Source of the DNA: Phyllobates terribilis | Lineage: Eukaryota | Direction: 5' to 3' | DNA: 64,000 nucleotides | Assembly (NCBI RefSeq): GCF_046119375.1 | Contig: NW_027362770.1 | Span: 187,550,001 to 187,614,000, forward strand | Shown here: positions 57,985 to 64,000 of the stretch, piece after piece | Position numbering within the stretch: position 1 is the stretch's first letter | Layout of the letters: every line of letters starts with the position of its first letter | Program-made: the position numbers and the translations under genes | Notes under the pieces: model-generated | What the model was told of the DNA's origin: nothing | Database searches by the model: none | The model's input: only the letters and a program-made list of their open reading frames with translations

Positions 57985-60900
57985 TATAGGAGCAGTATTA
58001 TAGTAGTTATATTCTTTTACATATAGGAGCAGTATTATAGTAGTTATATTCTTGTACATAGGGGGCAGTATTATAGTAGTTATATTCTTGTACATAGGAG
58101 CAGTATTATAGTAGTTATATTCTTGCACATAGGGGCAGTATTATAGTAGTTATATTCTTGTACATAGGGGCAGTATTACAGTAGTTATATTCTTGTACAT
58201 AGGAGCAGTATTATAGTAGTTATATTCTTGCACATAGGGGCAGTATTATAGTAGTTATATTCTTGTACATAGGAGCAGTATTATAGTAGTTATATTCTTG
58301 TACATAGGAGCAGTATTATAGTAGTTATATTCTTGCACATAGGGGCAGTATTATAGTAGTTATATTCTTGTACATAGGGGCAGTATTATAGTAGTTATAT
58401 TCTTGTACATAGGAGCAGTATTATAGTAGTTATATTCTTGCACATAGGGGCAGTATTATAGTAGTTATATTCTTGTACATAGGGGCAGTATTATAGTAGT
58501 TATATTCTTGTACATAGGAGCAGTATTATAGTAGTTATATTCTTGTACATAGGAAGCAGTATTATAGTAGTTATATTCTTGTACATAGGAGCAGTATTAT
58601 AGTAGTTGTATTCTTGCACATAGGGGCAGTATTATAGTAGTTATATTCTTGTACATAGGGGGTAGTATTATAGTAGTTATATTCTTGTACATAGGGGGCA
58701 GTATTATAGTAGTTATATTCTTGTACATAGGGGGCAGTATTATAGTAGTTATACTCTTGTACATAGGAGCAGTATTATAGTAGTTATATTCTTGTACATA
58801 GGAGCAGTATTATAGTAGTTATATTCTTGTACATAGGAGCAGTATTATAGTAGTTATATTCTTGTACATAGGGGCAGCATTATAGTAGTTATATTCTTGT
58901 ACATAGGAGCAGTATTATAGTAGTTGTATTCTTGCACATAGGGGCAGTATTATAGTAGTTATATTCTTGTACATAGGGGTTAGTATTATAGTAGTTATAT
59001 TCTTGTACATAGGGGGCAGTATTATAGTAGTTATATTCTTGTACATAGGGGGCAGTATTATAGTAGTTATACTCTTGTACATAGGAGCAGTATAATAGTA
59101 GTTATATTCTTGTACATAGAGGGCAGTATTATAGTAGTTATATTCTTGTACATAGGAGCAGTATTATAGTAGTTATATTCTTGTACATAGGGGCAGTATT
59201 ATAGTAGTTATATTCTTGTACATAGGAGCAGTATTATAGTAGTTATATTCTTGTACATAGGAGCAGTATTATAGTAGTTCTATTCTTGTATATAGGGGGC
59301 AGTATTATAGTAGTTCTATTCTTGTACATAGGAGCAGTATTATAGTAGTTATATTCTTGTACATAGGGGGCAGTATTATAGTAGTTATATTCCTGTACAT
59401 AAGAGCAGTATTATAGTAGTTATATTCTTGTACATAGGAGGGGCAGTATTATAGTAGTTATATTCTTGTACATAGGAGCAGTATTATACTAGTTATATTC
59501 TTGTACATAGGGGGCAGTATTATAGCAGTTATATTCTTGTACATAGGAGCAGTATTATACTAGTTATATTCTTGTACATAGGGGGCAGTATTATAGTAGT
59601 TATATTCTTGTACATAGGGGCAGTATTATAGTAGTTATATTCTTGTACATAGGAGCAGTATTATAGTAGTTATATTCTTGTACATAGGAGGCAGAATTAT
59701 ACTAGTTATATTCTTGTACATAGGGGGCAGTATTATAGTAGTTCTATTCTTGTACATAGGAGCAGTATTATAGTAGTTATATTCTTGTACATAGGGAGCA
59801 GTATTATACTAGTTATATTCCTGTACATAGGAGGGGCAGTATTATAGTAGTTATATTCTTGTACATAGGAGCAGTATTATAGTAGTTATATTCTTGTACA
59901 TAGGAGGCAGTATTATACTAGTTATATTCTTGTACATAGGGGGCAGCATTATAGTAGTTATATTCTTGTACATAGGAGCAGTATTATAGTAGTTATATTC
60001 TTGTACATAGGGAGCAGTATTATACTAGTTATATTCCTGTACATAGGAGGGGCAGTATTATAGTAGTTATATTCTTGTACATAGGAGCAGTATTATACTA
60101 GTTATATTCTTGTACATAGGGGGCAGTATTATAGCAGTTATATTCTTGTACATAGGAGCAGTATTATACTAGTTATATTCTTGTACATAGGGGGCAGTAT
60201 TATAGTAGTTATATTCTTGTACATAGGGGCAGTATTATAGTAGTTATATTCTTGTACATAGGGGCAGTATTATAGTAGTTATATTCTTGTACATAGGAGG
60301 CAGTATTATACTAGTTATATTCTTGTACATAGGGGGCAGTATTATAGTAGTTCTATTCTTGTACATAGGAGCAGTATTATAGTAGTTCTATTCTTGTACA
60401 TAGGAGCAGTATTATAGTAGTTATATTCTTGTACATAGGGGGCAGTATTATAGTAGTTATATTCTTGTACATAGGGGGCAGTATTATAGTAGTTCTATTC
60501 TTGTACATAGGAGCAGTATTATAGTAGTACTATTCTTGTACATAAGAGCAGTATTATAGTAGTTATATTCTTGTACATAGGGGGCAGTATTATAGTAGTT
60601 ATATTCTTGTACATAGGGGGCAGTATTATAGTAGTTATATTCTTGTACATAGGAGCAGTATTATAGTAGTTATATTCTTGTACATAGGAGCAGTATTATA
60701 GTAGTTATATTCTTGTACATAGGGGGCAGTATTATAGTAGTTATATTCTTGTACATAGGGGCAGTATTATAGTAGTTATATTCTTGTACATAGGGGCAGT
60801 ATTATAGTAGTTATATTCTTGTACATAGGGGGCAGTATTATAGTAGTTATATTCTAGTACATAGGAGCAGTATTATAGTAGTTATATTCTTGTACATAGG

Positions 60901-63900
60901 GGGCAGTATTATAGTAGTTATATTCTTGTACATAGGGGGCAGTATTATAGTAGTTATATTCTAGTACATAGGGGCAGTATTATAGTAGTTATATTCTTGT
61001 ACATAGGGAGCAGTATTATAGTAGTTATATTCTTGTACATAGGGAGCAGTATTATAGTAGTTATATTCTTGTACATAGGAGCAGTATTATAGTAGTTATA
61101 TTCTTGTACATAGGGAGCAGTATTATAGTAGTTATATTCTTGTACATAGGGAGCAGTATTATAGTAGTTATATTCTTGTATATAGGAGCAGTATTATAGT
61201 AGTTATATTCTTGTACATAGGGAGCAGTATTATAGTAGTTATATTCTTGTACATAGGGAGCAGTATTATAGTAGTTATATTCTTGTACATAGGGAGCAGT
61301 ATTATAGTAGTTATATTCTTGTACATAGGGAGCAGTATTATAGTAGTTATATTCTTGTACAAAGGGAGCAGTATTATAGTAGTTATATTCTTGTACATAG
61401 GAGCAGTATTATAGTAGTTATATTCTTGTACATAGGAGCAGTATTATAGTAGTTATATTCTTGTACATAGGGGGCAGTATTATAGTAGTTATATTCTTGT
61501 ACATAGGGGCAGTATTATAGGAGTTATATTCTAGTACATAGGGGCAGTATTATAGTAGTTATATTCTTGTACATAGGGAGCAGTATTATAGTAGTTATAT
61601 TCTTGTACATAGGGGGCAGTATTATAGTAGTTATATTCTAGTACATAGGGGGCAGTATTATAGTAGTTATATTCTAGTACATAGGGAGCAGTATTATAGT
61701 AGTTATATTCTTGTACATAGGGGGCAGTATTATAGTAGTTATATTCTTGTACATAGGGGGCAGTGTTATAGTAGTTATATTCTTGTACATAGGAGCAGTA
61801 TTATAGTAGTTATATTCTTGTACATAGGAGCAGTATTATAGTAGTTATATTCTTGTACATAGGGGGCAGTATTATAGTAGTTATATTCTTGTACATAGGA
61901 GCAGTATTATAGTAGTTATATTCTTGTACATAGGGAGCAGTATTATAGTAGTTATATTCTTGTACATAGGGAGCAGTATTATAGTAGTTATATTCTTGTA
62001 CATAGGGGCAGTATTATAGTAGTTATATTCTTGCACATAGGGGGCAGTATTATAGTAGTTATATTCTTGTACATAGGGGGCAGTATTATAGGAGTTATAT
62101 TCTAGTACATAGGGGCAGTATTATAGTAGTTATATTCTTGTACATAGGGGGCAGTATTATAGTAGTTATATTCTAGTACATAGGGAGCAGTATTATAGTA
62201 GTTATATTCTTGTACATAGGGGCAGCATTATAGTAGTTATATTCTTGTACATAGGGGGCAGTATTATAGGAGTTATATTCTAGTACATAGGGGCAGTATT
62301 ATAGTAGTTATATTCTTGCACATAGGGGGCAGTATTATAGTAGTTATATTCTTGTACATAGGGGGCAGTATTATAGGAGTTATATTCTAGTACATAGGGG
62401 CAGTATTATAGTAGTTATATTCTTGTACATAGGAGCAGTATTATAGTAGTTATATTCTTGTACATAGGAGCAGTATTATAGTAGTTATATTCTTGCACAT
62501 AGGGGGCAGTATTATAGTAGTTATATTCTTGTACATAGGGGGCAGTATTATAGGAGTTATATTCTAGTACATAGGGGCAGTATTATAGTAGTTATATTCT
62601 TGTACATAGGGGGCAGTATTATAGTAGTTATATTCTAGTACATAGGGAGCAGTATTATAGTAGTTATATTCTTGTACATAGGGGGCAGTATTATAGTAGT
62701 TATATTCTTGTACATAGGGGGCAGTGTTATAGTAGTTATATTCTTGTACATAGGAGCAGTATTATAGTAGTTATATTCTTGTACATAGGAGCAGTATTAT
62801 AGTAGTTATATTCTTGTACATAGGGGGCAGTATTATAGTAGTTATATTCTTGTACATAGGAGCAGTATTATAGTAGTTATATTCTTGTACATAGGGAGCA
62901 GTATTATAGTAGTTATATTCTTGTACATAGGGAGCAGTATTATAGTAGTTATATTCTTGTACATAGGGGCAGTATTATAGTAGTTATATTCTTGTACATA
63001 GGGGCAGTATTATAGTAGTTATATTCTTGTACATAGGGGGCACTATTATAGTAGTTATATCCTTGTATAGGGGCAGTATTATAGTAGTTCTATTCTTGTA
63101 CATAGGAGCAGTATTATAGTAGTTATATTCTTGTACAAAGGGGCAGTATTATAGTAGTTATGTTCTTGTACATAGGAGCAGTATTATAGTAGTTATATTC
63201 CTGTACATAGGGGCAGTATTATAGTAGTTATGTTCTTGTACATAGGGGGCAGTATTATAGTAGTTATATTCTTGTACATAGGGGCAGTATTATAGGAGTT
63301 ATATTCTAGTACATAGGGGCAGTATTATAGTAGTTATATTCTTGTACATAGGGAGCAGTATTATAGTAGTTATATTCTTGTACATAGGGGGCAGTATTAT
63401 AGTAGTTATATTCTAGTACATAGGGGGCAGTATTATAGTAGTTATATTCTAGTACATAGGGAGCAGTATTATAGTAGTTATATTCTTGTACATAGGGGGC
63501 AGTATTATAGTAGTTATATTCTTGTACATAGGGGGCAGTGTTATAGTAGTTATATTCTTGTACATAGGAGCAGTATTATAGTAGTTATATTCTTGTACAT
63601 AGGAGCAGTATTATAGTAGTTATATTCTTGTACATAGGGGGCAGTATTATAGTAGTTATATTCTTGTACATAGGAGCAGTATTATAGTAGTTATATTCTT
63701 GTACATAGGGAGCAGTATTATAGTAGTTATATTCTTGTACATAGGGAGCAGTATTATAGTAGTTATATTCTTGTACATAGGGGCAGTATTATAGTAGTTA
63801 TATTCTTGCACATAGGGGGCAGTATTATAGTAGTTATATTCTTGTACATAGGGGGCAGTATTATAGGAGTTATATTCTAGTACATAGGGGCAGTATTATA

Positions 63901-64000
63901 GTAGTTATATTCTTGTACATAGGGGGCAGTATTATAGTAGTTATATTCTAGTACATAGGGAGCAGTATTATAGTAGTTATATTCTTGTACATAGGGGCAG
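57985..64000. repeat. 34-36-bp GCAGTATTATAGTAGTTATATTCTTGTACATAGG satellite, over 6 kb, continues past window end (ppfibp1 intron)
   Basis: Same family as 18540-24091; higher-order repeats of unit variants visible at 61.4-64 kb. Confidence 0.98.

Overview
Vertebrate genomic window, most likely an anuran (frog); this is inferred from a XendoU-like gene and the satellite families. It holds five protein-coding genes: a4galt (+, one coding exon, 5980-7032); a XendoU-type endou (-, 7 exons, 15885-29110, 291 aa, intact); cyb5r3 (+, 9 exons, 29458-42998), head-to-head with endou across a 347-bp CCAAT/GC-box promoter; rep15 (-, 45530-46247); and the 3' part of ppfibp1/liprin-beta1 (-, 50216-57643, continuing beyond the window), whose SAM-domain exons fall into a 100-N gap at 50971-51070. 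By rough tally 55-60% of the window is tandem minisatellite, which explains almost all long ORFs in the track. Also present: a decayed Tc1/mariner element, a MITE and a probable non-autonomous Helitron. Ten 1-nt indels in cyb5r3, rep15 and the last ppfibp1 exon cluster at the contig end before the gap and look like unpolished long-read errors, not pseudogenisation. Most interesting: the endou-cyb5r3 bidirectional promoter, flanked by inverted arrays of one satellite carrying a CTCF-like motif in divergent orientation; a gene order joining human 22q13 and 12p11 blocks; and a 33-nt 14-3-3-motif microexon. Gene identities come from my recollection of homologous proteins plus splice-phase checks, not from database searches.
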